Positions 18,368 through 31,469 are shown, counted from the first letter of the whole stretch. The stretch is DNA of 63,668 nucleotides, filler included, from a bacterium (GCA_040757115.1; 13 parts of 13 records of this genome joined end to end with filler, not necessarily neighbours in it), one strand, 5' to 3'. Program-made: numbers and translations. The notes: generated by a model not told the origin, from the sequence alone.

Positions 18368-19298
18368 AGGCTTTAATTATATCCGAGACAAGGCGATGTC
18401 TGACAACATCAGTTTTATCAAAATAAACAAAACTAATTCCCTCAATTGCGGACAAAATAGTTTGGATTTCAACTAAGCCGGAGATTGAAGTTGACGGCAG
18501 GTCTATCTGGGTAATATCTCCGGTAATCACTGCCTTAGAGTCAAAACCTAATCTTGTCAAAAACATCTTCATTTGCTCATGTGTTGTATTTTGTGCCTCA
18601 TCTAAAATCACGAATGAGTCATTAAGAGTCCGTCCTCGCATAAAGGCTAATGGTGCGACTTCAATCACCCCTTCATTTAATAAATAATGGAATTTCTCTA
18701 TCCCAATCATATCAAAAATGGCATCATACAAAGGTCTTAAGTATGGGTCAACTTTATCCAGCATATCCCCGGGTAGAAATCCTAATCTTTCTCCAGCCTC
18801 AATTGCTGGTCGAGTCAGGATAATTCTTGCCACCTCTTTTTTTAACAAACTTGAGACCGCCATCGCCACGGCTAAATATGTTTTACCCGTGCCCGCAGGA
18901 CCTATGCCAAAAACAATATCATATTGTTGAATTGCCTCGATATACCTTCTTTGTCCCAATGTTTTTGGTCTAATTGGCTTTCCTCGTTCAGAGACATATA
19001 TTGCCTCCTGAAAAACAGAGACAAGGTCTATATTTTTACTCTGGCTGAGCATTTTTAATGAATATTTTATCTCAGGTGTGCGGACAACATGGCCTGAGTG
19101 AAAGATTGATAACAGATCTTCCAATAGTTTCTTTATTGAATGAACATCTTTATTTTCTCCTTTAATGATTAATTCATTGCCTCTTGAGATGATTTTAGTT
19201 GTTGGAAATTCCTCCCGAATGAGGCGTAAATTCTCATCATTTCTACCTAAGATGTTCACTACTTCTTCATCATTGGCAAAGATAATTTTTTCTTCCAT
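18333..19298 (-). CDS. phoH: PhoH-like ATPase
   Basis: GPAGTGKTYLA, RPAIEAGERLGFLPGD, FMRGRT, DEAQN, VVRH. Confidence 0.95.
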   Translation of the reverse strand: MEEKIIFANDEEVVNILGRNDENLRLIREEFPTTKIISRGNELIIKGENKDVHSIKKLLEDLLSIFHSGHVVRTPEIKYSLKMLSQSKNIDLVSVFQEAIYVSERGKPIRPKTLGQRRYIEAIQQYDIVFGIGPAGTGKTYLAVAMAVSSLLKKEVARIILTRPAIEAGERLGFLPGDMLDKVDPYLRPLYDAIFDMIGIEKFHYLLNEGVIEVAPLAFMRGRTLNDSFVILDEAQNTTHEQMKMFLTRLGFDSKAVITGDITQIDLPSTSISGLVEIQTILSAIEGISFVYFDKTDVVRHRLVSDIIKAYEEFEDAKKGT

Positions 19299-19304
19299 CG
19301 TCCC

Positions 19305-20339
19305 TCATTCTCTCACCTTCATTCCCTCTTTTAGTTTAAGACTTCCAGCAGAGAGAATTATCTTATCCTGCGGTGTGAGACCAAAGATTATCTCTGTTTG
19401 ATTTTGATTAGTTATGCCTATGCGGACAACTCGTTTTGTGGCAACTCCATCTTTATAAAGATAGACAAAACTTTGCCTGCCTTCTTTAAATATTGCCTCA
19501 GAGTCTAAAAGAACAACATTCTCTTTATGCTCGGTTAATATTTTTACTTCTACCCGTTTTCCTAATTTTATTTCAGGTAGTTTTTTAGAGGTATCCAATT
19601 CAATTATAACTTTAGAACTTACTTCTTCAGGTTGAATAGACTTGACATATCCAGACAATTCTAAATCCTCAAGTTTAATGGACGCATCCTGACCTAACTT
19701 TACCCTTCTCGCATCAATACTTAAGAGATTGACAGATACCTGCAATTTCTCTAAGTCAACTATTTTCATTAAAACTTCATTTTGGAGAACATACTGCCCT
19801 GGTAAAACTCTTTTTTCTATAACTGTTCCTGAATGAGGGGCTAAATAAATTAAGTTATTTAGTTGTTCTTGAGCAAGTCTCAGGTTTTCAAGAGATATAT
19901 TTTTTTCGACTAAAGCCTTTTTATACGCACTTTCACTATTTTTAACCTCGTCTTCTAATACCTCTTGTTTTCCATAAAGCCCTGTAGTTGTTATTAATAA
20001 TTGTTCTGCCTGTATCAGTATCCTTTTTGTTAGGTCTAATTGTGATTGTGCCTCTTTAACCATTTTTTCTGCCTCCTGTTGATTAAAGATAATAAGTTCC
20101 TGTCCAGAGGTAACATTATTATTTTCCTCAACCAAAACTTTATCTACCACGCCCTTAGCCTTCGCACAAATTTCTGTTTTAAGTTGGGCATCTATAGTTC
20201 CGGTGGTTAAGAGGCAAGAATCTATTTTACTGATAGTTGGTGTAATTATTCTTACCTTTGGAAATTTTACTCCTCTAAAAATCACCAGACAAATTATCAC
20301 GCAAGTAGCAATAAAAAACAGCCCGATAAGTTTTTTCAT
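19305..20339 (-). CDS. Efflux RND/ABC periplasmic adaptor (membrane fusion protein)
   Basis: N-terminal anchor, lipoyl halves (AKGVVDKVLVEENNNV; APHSGTV), coiled coil, C-terminal GL..QDKII. Confidence 0.85.
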   Translation of the reverse strand: MKKLIGLFFIATCVIICLVIFRGVKFPKVRIITPTISKIDSCLLTTGTIDAQLKTEICAKAKGVVDKVLVEENNNVTSGQELIIFNQQEAEKMVKEAQSQLDLTKRILIQAEQLLITTTGLYGKQEVLEDEVKNSESAYKKALVEKNISLENLRLAQEQLNNLIYLAPHSGTVIEKRVLPGQYVLQNEVLMKIVDLEKLQVSVNLLSIDARRVKLGQDASIKLEDLELSGYVKSIQPEEVSSKVIIELDTSKKLPEIKLGKRVEVKILTEHKENVVLLDSEAIFKEGRQSFVYLYKDGVATKRVVRIGITNQNQTEIIFGLTPQDKIILSAGSLKLKEGMKVRE

Positions 20340-20376
20340 TATTTCCCCTTTTTACAGATTTTCAGACAGACAGATT

Positions 20377-20874
20377 CTAACTTCTCGCCTCTGTCTTTAG
20401 AAATGCCTCTTTAAACTTCTTCAGCGTTTCATTTGGGTCTTCGATAATGACTCGTGCCTTACCTACAATATCAATAAGTCCAATCTCATTTCTGTATCTT
20501 GGAATGATGTGAAGATGAAGATGTTCAATACTTGCTCCACTGACATAACCTATGTTATAACCAACATTAAATCCTGACGGAGAATAAAGTTTTTCGATAA
20601 TATTTAATGTCATCGTTGTTAAATTATTAAGTTCTAATACCTGGTCATCGCTGAGTTGTCTTGGGTCGATTAGATGCTTTTTCGGGAAAATCATTAAATG
20701 TCCTGGATTATATGGATAGAGATTAAGCGAGATGATAAAATGCTTTGTGTGATAAATATCAAGTTTCGTTACCTTTGGGTTTCTTTTATTAATCGCACAT
20801 AAGATACATTTTACCTTTGGTTTATTTCCTTTTACATAGGATAGTTTATCCGGGATAAATAGATGTGTTTCCAT
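20377..20874 (-). CDS. HIT family nucleotide hydrolase
   Basis: CILC, NLYPYNPGHLMI, HLHLHIIPR. Confidence 0.92.
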   Translation of the reverse strand: METHLFIPDKLSYVKGNKPKVKCILCAINKRNPKVTKLDIYHTKHFIISLNLYPYNPGHLMIFPKKHLIDPRQLSDDQVLELNNLTTMTLNIIEKLYSPSGFNVGYNIGYVSGASIEHLHLHIIPRYRNEIGLIDIVGKARVIIEDPNETLKKFKEAFLKTEARS

Positions 20875-20985
20875 TTTTTTCTATTTAAGATTATACCATT
20901 TAAGACAAGAAAGTCAAGAAAAATTTAAGTAATTATTTACCCGGGTGAAGTGAGACAGACTTTTTTACACAATTTCTGCCATAAT

Positions 20986-21277
20986 GTAACTATTCACCGC
21001 AGAGACGCGGAGACACAGAGAAAAAATTAAAATCTATTGGCTATACGCTTAATTCCATCTCTTAGAACAGAAACATTAAAATTGATCAATAAACCTATCC
21101 TTTTATTCATCATTTTTAGATAGGTTAAAAGTTGAGCTTCGTGAATCGGAAGTAGTTGCTCGACTGCTTTTAATTCTACGATAACTTTTTCTTCAACTAA
21201 AAGATCTATCCGGTATCCACAATCTAATTTAAATCCTTTTTTCTCTGTTCCTCTGCGTCTCTGCGGTGAATAGTTAC
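20986..21277 (-). mobile_element. MITE-like element with the C-terminal half of a GxxExxY gene
   Basis: TIR GTAACTATTCACCGCAGAGACGC, 8-bp flanking direct repeat GCCATAAT; minus strand encodes LDCGYRIDLLVEEKVIVELKAVEQLLPIHEAQLLTYLK...GLLINFNV. Confidence 0.9.
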
Positions 21278-21295
21278 GCCATAATTATAAAATTC

Positions 21296-21325
21296 TTGAC
21301 AATTTAATTAATAATGTGATATAAT
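21296..21325 (+). promoter_or_regulatory. Sigma70-type promoter
   Basis: TTGACA-18nt-TATAAT with extended TG, 20 nt upstream of the J-domain gene. Confidence 0.7.
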
Positions 21326-21345
21326 AAATACTGAAGAGAATAATA

Positions 21346-22044
21346 ATGATAAAGAGTAAATCAGCGTATTATAAGGTATTAAACTTAAATCCTATGGCTA
21401 ATTTAGAGGAGATAAAGAAGGCTTATCGCCAATTAGCCAAGGTCTATCATCCTGATTTAAATCCAGGCAGGGAAAAGGTTGCTGAAGAGAAATTTAAAGA
21501 GATAGCCGAGGCGTATGATGTTTTAAAAAAGTCTGCACCATCTGAAGTAGGTATTCCTCGATATACAGCACCGCAACCTCCACCAACACAAGAAAAATAT
21601 CCATTTGAGCAAGATGCTTTTACTAATTTTGCTTATTATCCAACAACCTCATACCGCGATATATTTATAAATGTCTTCCTGACATTTAATTTCTATTTAA
21701 GTCTGGGGATTTTGGTATCTGCACCTTTTTTACCTTTACCTGGTGCGGGAAGTGAAACAGTGTATTCATTGTGTGGCTCTTTAATCGTATTATATCTATT
21801 TTTTACCTATCAAGGATATTTTATTACCGGGTGGTTTTTTGGGATATTGGCATTATTGGGTTGGTTACCGGTGGTTCTGGGTGAGTGTTCGTGGAAGGTA
21901 GGAATCTTTGCCTCAGCCGCTCCACTTGGCGCGATATGTAGTGCAAGCATTACAGGCATACTTTATCTTTGCTTTAAACTTACTCAAGCGGCTATCGAGG
22001 GGGCTAAAAATGTCTACTTTTACCTCGCTTTACCAAAGAAATAA
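21346..22044 (+). CDS. DnaJ-domain membrane protein
   Basis: YYKVL...[17 protein letters not shown]...[11 protein letters not shown] followed by hydrophobic helices. Confidence 0.85.
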   Translation: MIKSKSAYYKVLNLNPMANLEEIKKAYRQLAKVYHPDLNPGREKVAEEKFKEIAEAYDVLKKSAPSEVGIPRYTAPQPPPTQEKYPFEQDAFTNFAYYPTTSYRDIFINVFLTFNFYLSLGILVSAPFLPLPGAGSETVYSLCGSLIVLYLFFTYQGYFITGWFFGILALLGWLPVVLGECSWKVGIFASAAPLGAICSASITGILYLCFKLTQAAIEGAKNVYFYLALPKK

Positions 22045-22045
22045 A

Positions 22046-22233
22046 GTAGTTATTCAGCCACGGATTAGCACGGAGAAAGAGCAGAGGGCAGAAGGCAGAG
22101 GGTAGAGGGCAGAAGGCAGAGGGCAGAGGACAACAGGAGGAAAAACCTTCAGCCTAATTACGGACACGGATACCGGACACGATTTACGAATTTTCAGTGT
22201 TTCATCTGTATCCATTTGTGGCTGAACAGTTAC
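22046..22233 (-). mobile_element. GTAAC-family MITE (related to 31470-31743, 54122-, 56668-56945)
   Basis: GTAGTTATTCAGCCAC...GTGGCTGAACAGTTAC; AGAGGGC heptamer run. Confidence 0.75.
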
Positions 22234-22395
22234 AGATAATTTTACATTTTGATATGTAATTTTTATATTTGCTTTTTGCATTTTTATCTTTGGAGGAAAT
22301 TGATAAAAATAGAGGTTTTAAATACCCGCTTAAAAACTACAGTTTCCTATTTTTGCAGAACTCTACAACCTTAACAATAATGGAGGTGATGACCA

Positions 22396-22908
22396 ATGCT
22401 ATGTGATGTCTGTCAAAAAGAAGAAGCAACGATATTTTATAAAGAAATGGTTAATAATAAATATTCAGAAATGCACCTATGTGAAAAATGTGCCTATGAA
22501 CAAGGGGTAAAAAAATTCCAACTCCCTTCGGCAATTACTAATCTCCTTTCGGCTCTAACTGAATTAAGTCCAGAGGCATTACCCAGGCAAATGGTAGAGA
22601 AAAAATGCCCGGGGTGTAATTCTACTTATTCAGATTTTCGTGAACGAGGAAAGTTAGGTTGTAGTCAGTGTTATCAAGCATTTAATGAACCATTAGCAGA
22701 TATCTTACGAAAGATTCATGGCAATATTCAACACATTGGTAAATCACCACTTAAAGTCGCGGTAACACAAACACAAGATATGACTAAAATAAAAGAGATT
22801 GAGGCACTCCGTAAGGCGTTAGATGAGGCGGTTAAAAGAGAAGAATATGAAGAGGCGGCTAATTTACGAGATAAAATTAGAGATTTAGAAAAAGAAATAG
22901 CATCTTGA
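22396..22908 (+). CDS. mcsA: Protein-arginine kinase activator McsA (UvrB/C motif)
   Basis: CDVC, CEKC, CPGC, LGCSQCY, IHGNIQHIGK, EEYEEAANLRDKI. Confidence 0.9.
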   Translation: MLCDVCQKEEATIFYKEMVNNKYSEMHLCEKCAYEQGVKKFQLPSAITNLLSALTELSPEALPRQMVEKKCPGCNSTYSDFRERGKLGCSQCYQAFNEPLADILRKIHGNIQHIGKSPLKVAVTQTQDMTKIKEIEALRKALDEAVKREEYEEAANLRDKIRDLEKEIAS

Positions 22909-23491
22909 TTATAGCAAGGAGAAACGGACATGAGCCAAGGCTCACAAAGGGCAATGAAAATGGGAGAAGGACAACCCCCTAACCCCCTTTATTAAGGGGG
23001 AATATGTGTTCTAAACCAGAGGATACGAGTCTGTGGATACTATACTAATTCGCTAATCTCTAATTCACTAATTCGCTATTTTCAGGGGAAACGGGCATGT
23101 TCACAGGAGTGGACACAAAGTCTTATGGTGAAATGTCAAGTAAAAAATTAAGTTTTTTTAAAAATATTTTTCTTGACTTATATCCCTAAAAAGGCACAAA
23201 AATAGTATGTTCGGATACAAGTGAATTTTTTAAATNNNNNNNNNNNNNNNNNNNNNNNNNNNNNNNNNNNNNNNNNNNNTTAATTAATTAANNNNNNNNN
23301 NNNNNNNNNNNNNNNNNNNNNNNNNNNNNNNNNNNCTCTCTTTGCTTTTTTAATTGACAGAGTGCAGAATTTATGGTAATATTGTAATAATATTTGGACG
23401 CAGATTTACAGGATTTTTAGGATTAAGGGAAAAAATATTTTTTTATCCTGGTAATCTGCCTTCCATAATTAGTTAAGGAGATAATCCATCT

Positions 23492-26400
23492 GTGTATATC
23501 AGTGAAAATCAGTGTCTCATTAGAAAGATAATTACTTTCGTCATCTTCTTATTTTCTCTCCATTCCCTAACTTATGCCGCATCTACCTGGCTACCATTTA
23601 AACAAGAGGTTACTTTACCTGCAAAACCAGAGTTTAAAATACTAAAAGAAGATACAACCGGGATTGTATTAGAGACAACTATCTCTGGGATGAATGTTGA
23701 GGAGAAGACAGATGACAGAAGAGAGGATGAAGAAACTCGGGTATTTCATTTGGCAAGTATTCCAGGGTATGAGTATAGTTTTACTCAAGAGGTTGGCAAA
23801 CCCAAACTACCCGTTATCTCAGTCCAACTCGCTATCCCGGATGGTGTAGAGATTAAGGTTTCCTATGACGGGTCTAAAGACCCTCACTACATTCCCACTA
23901 AATCCGAAATCCGAAATCCGAAATCCAAAATCAAAAATTACTTAATCTATCCTGTCCCCAGACAAGATAAAGACTACCCCTGAAGGTTACAAATACATCG
24001 CTGAGGAGTTCTACATAGATGAAGACTTCTACCAGCAAGACATCTGGTACCCGCAAGAGGATAAAGTTATCACTTATCATACCAGTTATCTTCGTGACCA
24101 GCGGATACTTCACTTACAGATTCATCCTGTCCAGTTTAACCCCGCCAGGAATCAGCTTCAAGTCTATTCTAACCTTAAGATAGAAATAAAATACGGTAGG
24201 TTAACCGTCTCGGTTGACAAAAAAGGTATTTCACTGAAACAGGCAAAGATGGCAACCCCTTTTGCTAATGCATTGAGAAGGACAGTATTGAATTACCCAG
24301 GCTACGGGTCTAAAGACCCTCACTACTTTCGTGCACCTAAAAGGGTAGGCACGGTTACTTACCCCAGTATCCTTAAAAGCCCCAATAACTCTGCAGATTA
24401 TTTGATAATTACCTCTCCTGATTTTTATGATAATGCTGACTTGAAAAGATTAGCCACTCATCGAGTAGAATATAACGGCTTTGATGTAGCAATAGTTAGT
24501 ACCACTAATATCTATAATGAGTTTCCTCCACCTCAAGGAACAGGAACCCAGGATATCTCAATCAAAAATTTCATAGAATATGCTTATAACATCTGGAAAG
24601 CATCTTCAATGGCAGATAACCATCTGGGTTATGTCCTTATCTTTGGAGATGCTGAACTTGGACCAAATCTCTTCCCGCCTGGATATGTTCCAACACATAG
24701 AGGAAGCGGATATAGTGGAATACCATGTGCCAGTGATATTTGGTATACTTACCTTAATGAGAGTGACTTAACTGAGGGATATTTATTACCAGATATAATG
24801 CTTGGGAGACTACCATTACAGATGGGCACAGAAGCAAAAATACTTGTAGATAAGATAATTCAATTTGAGAAGAACCCTGTTCTAGGTCAGTGGCAAAATA
24901 GAGCTTTATTAGTTGATGGAGTAGAATCTCCTTGGGTTACTCGAAATTATGTAAAAGATAATATTCTTATACCTGCAGGATTTGAGGTTACTGTAATCGA
25001 TGGAGACCAGGGAGGAAATGGAGATGATGTATATAATGCAATTAACAATGGTCAACTCCTTGTAGCTTACCAAGGTCATGGTAATTTCTTGGGATGGGCG
25101 GTTCAGTTCGGAGTTAATGTTAGTTTTTGTCATAGACATGTCGAGAAACTTTCTAATGGAGGGATGTTACCAATTATCTTTGCTGTTGCCTGTGACACCG
25201 CTTGTTTTAATGATGTGGATGATTCCCTTGGTGAACTCTTTATTAAGAAAGAAAATGGTGGAGGAATTGCGTATTGGGGGGCCTCTACAATAAGCGGTCC
25301 ATACGAAATCTGGATAAAAGAGGCGTATGATTTTATGGCAGAGAACAATCCCTATACCTTTTGTCTCGGCGAGGTAGTTATCAATGCCTATATTCGCCTT
25401 CACTTATTGTATGAGGAATTTAATCTATTAGGTGAGCCGGCGGTAACTACTGCAAGGGTTCCTCCAGAACAAGATAAGGCAGAGTTAGAGATTCAGCCAA
25501 CTGATGTTTGTTTTATTCCTCCATATCCAAAACCAGGACAACTAACTACCATTACTACTACTATCCATAATTATGGGGGTATAGATGCAGGAAATGTATT
25601 GGTTAAATTTTTCCTTGATGAACCCAAAAACGGAATAGAGATAGGTTCTAAAACAATAACTACTATTAAGGCGAAAGACAAAGGAATAGTAGATATAAGT
25701 TGGACTCCTGACCTACCTGTAGGTGAATATAAATTCTATGTAGTAGTTGACCCTTATGATACTATCCCAGAGGCAGGAACGATTAACAATATTGCCTATA
25801 AACCTTTAGAGATAAATTATTATCAAGATGGTTGGCCTAAATATCTACAAGGGATTTCCTTGCTATCTCAGGCAGTAGGCGATATAGACGGAGATGGAGA
25901 CTTAGAGATTGTAGCCTTAGATAGGACTTGTCTATTATATTTCTGGCATCATGATGGTAGTCTTCAACCAGGCTGGCCCAAAAAAATAGTAGGAGAAGAA
26001 AAAATCTCACAGATTATATTAGCTGATATTGATAATGATGATAGGTTAGAAATTGTAGTTAGTGGAGATAAGTTATATGTGTGGAATGACGATGGTAGTG
26101 ATGTGCCTGGTTTTCCAAAGGAAATGGAATGTTCCTCATCACCAGCAATAGGAGATATAGATGGAGATGGAGAGTTAGAGATTGTAGTAGAGTTGAAAGA
26201 TAATGGAGATAATAAGTTGTATGCATTCCACAATAATGGAAGCATAGTATCCGGTGATTGGCCCAAAGACGATAATTATAATTATCCTATTGTAGTAAAT
26301 CTTGATGGCAAGCAAGGAGATGAGATTATATCTTCAAAAGTAGGACACCTATATATCTGGGATGGGACGGGTAAGATACTCCTTGATTGTCCAAAATCTA

Positions 26401-29400
26401 TTAGTGACAGGGCAGTCGGAAATCTTGATGAAGATAAAGAACCAGAGATTATAGGTTCAACTTATGACTATTATGAGGGATATAAGGTATATGCCTTAAA
26501 TTATGATGGTAGTGACCTACCAGGGTGGCCAAAGAAGATAGATGGCAACCAAATCCTGGAGATTATGCTGGGAGATATAGATAATGATAAAGATATGGAA
26601 GTGATTGTTTCCGCTGAGGATCCTAATAAACTTTATGTATTTCATCACAATGGTAGTGATGTAGTCGGTTGGCCTAAAGAAGGTATTATTGGAAGAAATG
26701 ATTTTGGTAAATTGGCAGATGTTGATATGGATAATAAACCAGAGATTATCACACCTAACGGTGGGACAATAACTATTTGGGAGGATACTGGTAACATTAA
26801 AGCAAGTTTATTTACCAGACCAACTGATTATATAATCTCTTTTATCACCATAGCAGATATTGATGCGGACGGGGATATAGAAATGATAGGTATGGGGAAA
26901 GAACCAGAGAATGAGAGTGTATGGCGCAAGCTTTACATCTGGGACTACTGGGGCAGTTGCACTGCCGGGGCACTGGAATGGCCGATGGCAAATCACGATA
27001 TGCGCCGGACTAATTGCTATAATACAGATATTGTCCCCTCTTCTCGCATAACTGACCTTAAGGCTCTTAATCCCAAACCTACCTCTATTGACTTAACCTG
27101 GACGGCACCTGGTGATGACAAAGATAAAGGCTCTTCTACCTGCTACTACATCCGCTACGCTACCTTTACCATTACCCCACAAAACTGGCACCTGACTAAT
27201 AAAGCTACATCCACTATTGTTCCCAAAGATGCTGGCTCTCCTGAATCTTTTACCGTAACTAACCTTTCCCCAACTACCACCTACTACTTCTGTATTCGCG
27301 CCAGGGATGATGACTTCAATACTTCACCGTTATCTAATAATGCTACTGGAATTACACTTTCTCCTGCGGTAATTACACTCATTAGCCCAATCTACGGACC
27401 CGTAGGTAGTCTTGTGACGATTAAAGGAGCTAATTTCTATCCTACTGAAACCATCAGGATAAGTTTTGGTAATACTATAACTATTGCACTTACTACGGCT
27501 GAAAATGGCAGTCTTACTACTACCTTTACCGTAGATGACCAGGGGTTTGGCACGATTACTATAATTGCGTATGGATTGGATTCAGAATATATTGCTACAG
27601 GTTACTTCGTTATCCCACCTCCAGAATACTTTAAGATTGGTACGATTTCATCTCCGCAAATAGCAGGGCAAGGATTTAGTATTAAAATCACTGCCTATGA
27701 TGAACATGGTGATATAGTGCAAAATTTTAAGGAAGCGGTTTTGCTTTCTGACCTTTCTCAAACCATCCAACCTACTATCACCTCTAACTTCACTGGTGGC
27801 ATCTGGGATGGCACTGTTAGTCTCACCAGAGCGAGCACAACCGCGATTACTGCAGGTTACCAGGGTAAGACAGGCACAAGCAATCCATTTTATGTCCGTC
27901 CAGGCGAGCCATTTAAATTCATCGTCTATCCTGAAAATCCTGTCTACATTCTGGCAGGGGGTTCGGTAAGCATCACTGCCCAATTAAGCGATGTTTATGG
28001 TAATGCGGTTGGGTCTGCAGGGGTTAGTTGTAATTTAGAGGTAGTGGTGCTTTCTGGTAAACCAGGAACACTATCTGCCACCACTTCTACAACCACCAAT
28101 ACCGGTCAGATAGGCACGATTACCTACTGGGTTTCACCTAATGCCAACGATAAAGTTAGGATAAAACTCCTATCTACTCTACCACCTGCTACATCCGGCA
28201 CTATTACCACCACTTCTGGCGAATTAGCAATGTTCACCTTCGATATTATTGCTACCCAGACTGCGGGGATGAATTTCCCGATTAAAATCACCGCCAGAGA
28301 TGCCTACGAAAATCCTATCCCTTTTACCAGGACAGTAACGCTAATTGACTTGAGTAACAGCCTTAAACCTACTCAGACTACTTCATTTATAGATGGTATG
28401 TGGGATGGATCTGGGTCTATCACAGTAAGAGGCACTACCAGTATTACTGCCATTTATGGGCATATTCGAGGCACAAGTAACACCTTCTGGGTCTGTGGCG
28501 GCGAGGTAGAGTATTTTGTCATTAGCACCATCACTCCTCAAACCGCAGGTATTAGTTTCCCAGTCAGCATCAATGCCTATGACCGCTGGAGAAATATCGC
28601 TGATATGTTTAACTCATCCGCCACACTAACTGATACCAGCCGCACCATTAGCCCGCCTAAAACCACAAACTTTAGCCTGGGCATCTGGGATGGCACAGTT
28701 AGTATCACCAGAGCAGGCACGAGCGCGATTACGGCAAGTTACCAGGGTAAAACAGGCACAAGCAATCCCTTCTTAGTTAACCATAACAGCCTTGCCCATT
28801 TCCTGATTGGGACTATGAGCAATTGTGTTGCAGGCGTTCCTTTTCCCATAACCATTATAGCCCAGGATGCCTATGGTAACACGGTGCTTAACTTTAGTGA
28901 TAAAGTCCAGTTAGAGGATAGCTCGCTGACCTTAAATCCGAAGCTAACCACCAACTTTATGGCAGGTATCTGGGATAGTATTGGCTCTATTACCAGAGCA
29001 GGCACTACCTCGATTACAGCAAGTTACCAGGGAAAAACAGGCACAAGCAATCCCTTCTTAGTTAGCCATAACAGCCTTGCCCATTTCCTGATTGGGACTA
29101 TTAGCAATTGTCTTGCGGGTGTAAATTTTGCCATCAGGATTATGGCACAAGATTCTTACGGTAACACTATGCTTAACTTTAGTGATAAAGTCCAGTTAGA
29201 GGATACCTCGCTGAGCTTGAATCCGAAGTTAACCACCAACTTTGTGGCAGGTATCTGGAATGGCATTGGCTCTATTACCAGAGCAGGCACAACCGCGATT
29301 ACTGCAGGTTACCAGGGAAAAACAGGCACAAGCAATCCATTCTTAGTTAGTCATAACCGCCTTGACCATTTCCTGATTGGGACTATTAGCAATTGTGTTG

Positions 29401-31465
29401 CAGGCGTTCCTTTTCCCATAACCATTATAGCCCGCGATGCCTATGGGAACACGGTGCTTAACTTTAGTGATAAAGTCCAGTTAGAGGATACCTCGCTGAC
29501 CTTAAATCCGAAGATAACCACCAACTTTATGGCAGGTATCTGGGCTGGCATCGGCTCTATTACCAGAACAGGCACTACCGCGATTACGGCAGGTTACCAG
29601 GGAAAGACAGGCACAAGCAATCCATTTTTAGTCCAGGCTGGCAGTCTTTCCTTGATTAAGGTTATGCCAGAAAGTGTAACCTTGCTGCCTGATAAATCAC
29701 AATTATTCACCACCAGAGGCTATGATAGCAATGGGAATGAGAAAGAAGTGGGAGATGGGAAATGGGAAGTAGGAAAAGAGATAGGGAATTTGAGTAATAT
29801 TTTCGGCACAATGACCACATTTACTGCTGGCACAAAGGCGGCATCAGGCATCATCAAGGTAAGTGCAGAAGGAGTCATTGGCACGGCTAATATCCGAATT
29901 GTGCCAGGAAAACTGGCAAAGATAACCATTCTGCCCAAAGATGTGGTGGTAGAGGTAAGCGGGACTTCCACATTTACCGCTTATGGATATGACAAATATG
30001 GGAATGAGAAAGAGGTGGAGAATGGGCAGTGGGAAGTAGGAAGTGAACTGGGCGAGTTGACCAATGTTATTGGCACAAACACGACTTTTGTCGCCGGGAC
30101 AAAACCAGGCAAAGGCACACTTACCTACACAGTAAGAGAAGTGGTTATGAACCTTCATCTCACAAATGAATCTGTCCCCCTCGGGATGTGGATTAAGGGG
30201 GAGGAAAGAAATAATCTCCCCGAGCCCCGAGTCCCGAGCCCCGAGCCCCGAGCCCCGAATCCCGAACCCCGAACCCCGAGCCCCGAGTCCCGAGCCCCGA
30301 NNNNNNNNNNNNNNNNNNNNNNNNNNNNNNNNNNNNNNNNNNNNNNNNNNNNNNNNNNNNNNNNNNNNNNNNNNNNNNNNNNNNNNNNNNNNNNNNNNNN
30401 CCCGAGCCCCGATTTTCAGAGGAGATAATTGGAACAGCCAGCATAACTGTCAGGTCTGGTAGAGTGAGTCGATTTGACTTTGACCCGATTAACCATCAGA
30501 TTATCAACACGAAGTTTGGCATTAAAGTAACTGCCCGGGACAGGTATGGCAATCTGGCAAGTGATTACAACCAGACAGGTTCTCTTACAACTAACTTTGG
30601 TCAAATAAAACCTGCCTTTATTACCTTCAAGAACGGTATATCTACCGGCACAGTAATGATTGAAACTAACAAGGCAGGACCTGATGTCCGTATCAGTCTT
30701 AGAGCCGAGGCAATAGAGTCTCAGAGTAATAATTTTGCTGTTTTATACGATGATGGAAGTGATGTCCGGATTGAAGAGGAAGGCTTGAAGATAGACATTA
30801 AGTCTCATAGTGTAAGTAAAGATTATTACCTAAAGATAGATAAACGAGGTCTGGATGAGGATGAAATTAAGATAGCGAATTTGCGGATGAATCATTATAA
30901 CCCGGGATTTTGTCTGCTAACTGATACCATTATCCGCATAGCAGCTAAAGATGGGGATAAGAAACCGATAGAAGGAGATTTTGGGACACGAACGACCAGA
31001 GTGGCGATTTATTACTATCAGCCACCAAAGAATGTAGCCGAGGAGACATTGAAATTATACATCCTGGATGAGGAATCAATTGAATCGAGGTGGGTGGAGG
31101 TAGCCAATGCACAGGTCTTAATCGGAAGTAATTTTATCTATGGCAATATACCGCATTTTGGGACATTTATCTTGATTGGGGAAGGGATACCGGCGGGTTT
31201 TGATGCGGTTGTGGTCTATCCGAATCCGTTCAAGCCAAGCCGCGGGGATGAAAATATCGTTTTTGAAGGGTTACCAGAGGATACCCAGCTCCGCATCTAC
31301 GACATCTCAGGTAGTTTAGTCAGAGATGAAGAAGGCAAACGCGCCACCTGGATTTGGGATGTTCGGGATAATTATGGGAAGAAGGTAGATAGTGGGGTGT
31401 ATATTTATGTGTTGACTACTGACGATGGGAAAAAGAAGATAGACAAGCTTGCGATTATCAGGTAG
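23492..31465 (+). pseudogene. Large secreted gingipain-like (C25) peptidase with propeptide, CARDB, FG-GAP, FN3, Ig-like repeats and a C-terminal FlgD/T9SS-like domain; interrupted by a frameshift (~23967) and a MITE (~30141-30424)
   Basis: Propeptide GKPKLPV, LRDQRI, PVQFNP; C25 motifs DYLIIT, MLGRLP, YQGHG, VACDT, NLLGEP; GDIDGDGDLEIV repeats; C-terminal VYPNPF...SGVYIY. Track ORFs 23492-23983, 24249-30428 and 30464-31465 are parts of one gene. Confidence 0.8.
28680..29630 (+). repeat. About 3.3 tandem 285-bp (95-aa) intragenic Ig-like repeats
   Basis: ACCAGGG(T/A)AA(A/G)ACAGGCACAAGCAATCC at 28741, 29026, 29311 and 29596. Confidence 0.9.
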
Positions 31466-31469
31466 AGAA

